Below, piece after piece: positions 62,981-64,000 of a DNA stretch of 64,000 nt. The notes below the pieces were generated by a model, which was not told the origin of the DNA, made no database searches, and saw nothing but the letters and a program-made list of their open reading frames with translations. Made by a program: the position numbers and the translations under genes. Each line of letters begins with the position of its first letter. Positions within the stretch are counted from its first letter, which is position 1. Source of the DNA: a virus (lineage: Duplodnaviria; Caudoviricetes); the IMG/VR virus record IMGVR_UViG_2811995040_000001, positions 13,275 through 77,274 of that record. One strand, given 5' to 3'.

Positions 62981-64000
62981 ATGGGGCGCAGAAGAAAGGA
63001 TCCTGGAGATAACAAACTGCCGCCGCGCGTATCCAAAACAAAAACGCGTTACTACTACAAACCCACGTCGCGGGAAACTGTGACACTGGGGCCAATCACA
63101 CTCACTATGTCGGCATTATGGAAACGTTACGAGGAAGAACGGCGCAATTACTCAGATGTAATAACGTTCGAAAAGCTCTGGGGAATGTTTATTAAAAGCG
63201 GCTACTACACCGAGCTTGCAATACGAACCCAGCGGGATTATTTACAACATCAGAAAAAATTACTTGCCGTGTTTGGTAAAGTTAAAGCTGATGTAATAAA
63301 GCCAGAAGATGTGCGTCAGTTCATGGATCGTCGTGGACTGCAAAGTAAAAACCAGGCCAACCAGGAGATGAGCAGTATGTCACGTGTTTACCGCTGGGGA
63401 TATGAACGCGGTTACGTTAAGGGAAATCCGTGTGCTGGCGTCAGTAAATTCTCTCTCAAGGCACGCGAGCAATACATCACTGACGAAGACTACCTGGCTA
63501 TTTATAAGCATGCTGATCACGTTGTCAGGGCTGCAATGGAAATTTCTTACCTGTGCGCCGCCCGGCAAGCTGACGTACTCGCTCTGCGCTGGATGCAAGT
63601 TTCTGATAAGGGTATTTTTATCCAGCAAGGAAAGACCGGAAAAAAACAGATTAAGGTCTGGACACCTCGCCTTCAGCAAGCGCTGAAAACAGCACAGACA
63701 GAATGTCCAAAACTGTCACCTGACGCGCTGGTTCTCTACAACAACAACCGTGGTCAGTTCATCCGCAAGACGTTCAATAATCGCTGGTTAAAAGCTGTAC
63801 GCGCCGCACAAAGTGAACTGGGCCGACAGCTGGATTACACATTCCATGATATCAAGGCAAAAGCTATTTCAGATTTTGAGGGTAGTAGCAGGGATAAGCA
63901 GATTTTCAGCGGCCACAAAACAGAAAGCCAGGTGCTTATCTACGACAGGAAGGTACAAATCAGCCCGACACTGGATCGTCCGGTTATTGGGGAAAAGTGA
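62981..64000 (+). CDS. Tyrosine integrase
   Basis: CAARQ.DVL, QGKTG, FHDIKAK, GH and Y. Confidence 0.93.
   Translation: MGRRRKDPGDNKLPPRVSKTKTRYYYKPTSRETVTLGPITLTMSALWKRYEEERRNYSDVITFEKLWGMFIKSGYYTELAIRTQRDYLQHQKKLLAVFGKVKADVIKPEDVRQFMDRRGLQSKNQANQEMSSMSRVYRWGYERGYVKGNPCAGVSKFSLKAREQYITDEDYLAIYKHADHVVRAAMEISYLCAARQADVLALRWMQVSDKGIFIQQGKTGKKQIKVWTPRLQQALKTAQTECPKLSPDALVLYNNNRGQFIRKTFNNRWLKAVRAAQSELGRQLDYTFHDIKAKAISDFEGSSRDKQIFSGHKTESQVLIYDRKVQISPTLDRPVIGEK

Overview
Salmonella-like accessory region with three layers of mobile DNA. (1) Positions 1-5220 are the end of a degraded prophage/island: a SET-domain protein, an HtrL/YibB homologue, tail-fibre remnants, an NleG-like gene, a broken integrase and a Phd/RelE-type toxin-antitoxin pair. 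This layer ends at a duplicated 3' half of tRNA-Ser(TGA), which marks an att site. (2) From about 5280 to beyond 64000 lies a Gifsy-like lambdoid prophage with int/xis, recombination, immunity, replication, Q, lysis, HK97-type head and lambda-like tail genes. It carries SopA, two more NleG-like E3 ligases, an ArtA-type AB5 toxin and an IS605-family tnpB element. (3) Nested in its tail region is a ~10.8 kb filamentous prophage (12581-23399) whose only recombinase is an IS110-family DEDD enzyme. That gene is preceded by a structured ~150-nt non-coding segment with bridge-RNA-like architecture and short matches to the phage's own junctions, making it a candidate RNA-guided phage integration system. 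A second unexplained pattern is a set of eight 25-105 bp IS200/IS605-derived micro-elements sitting at cargo and module boundaries (sopA, nleG, toxin, lysis, nin and tail). All calls come from reading the sequence and recalled family motifs; no database searches or folding programs were run.
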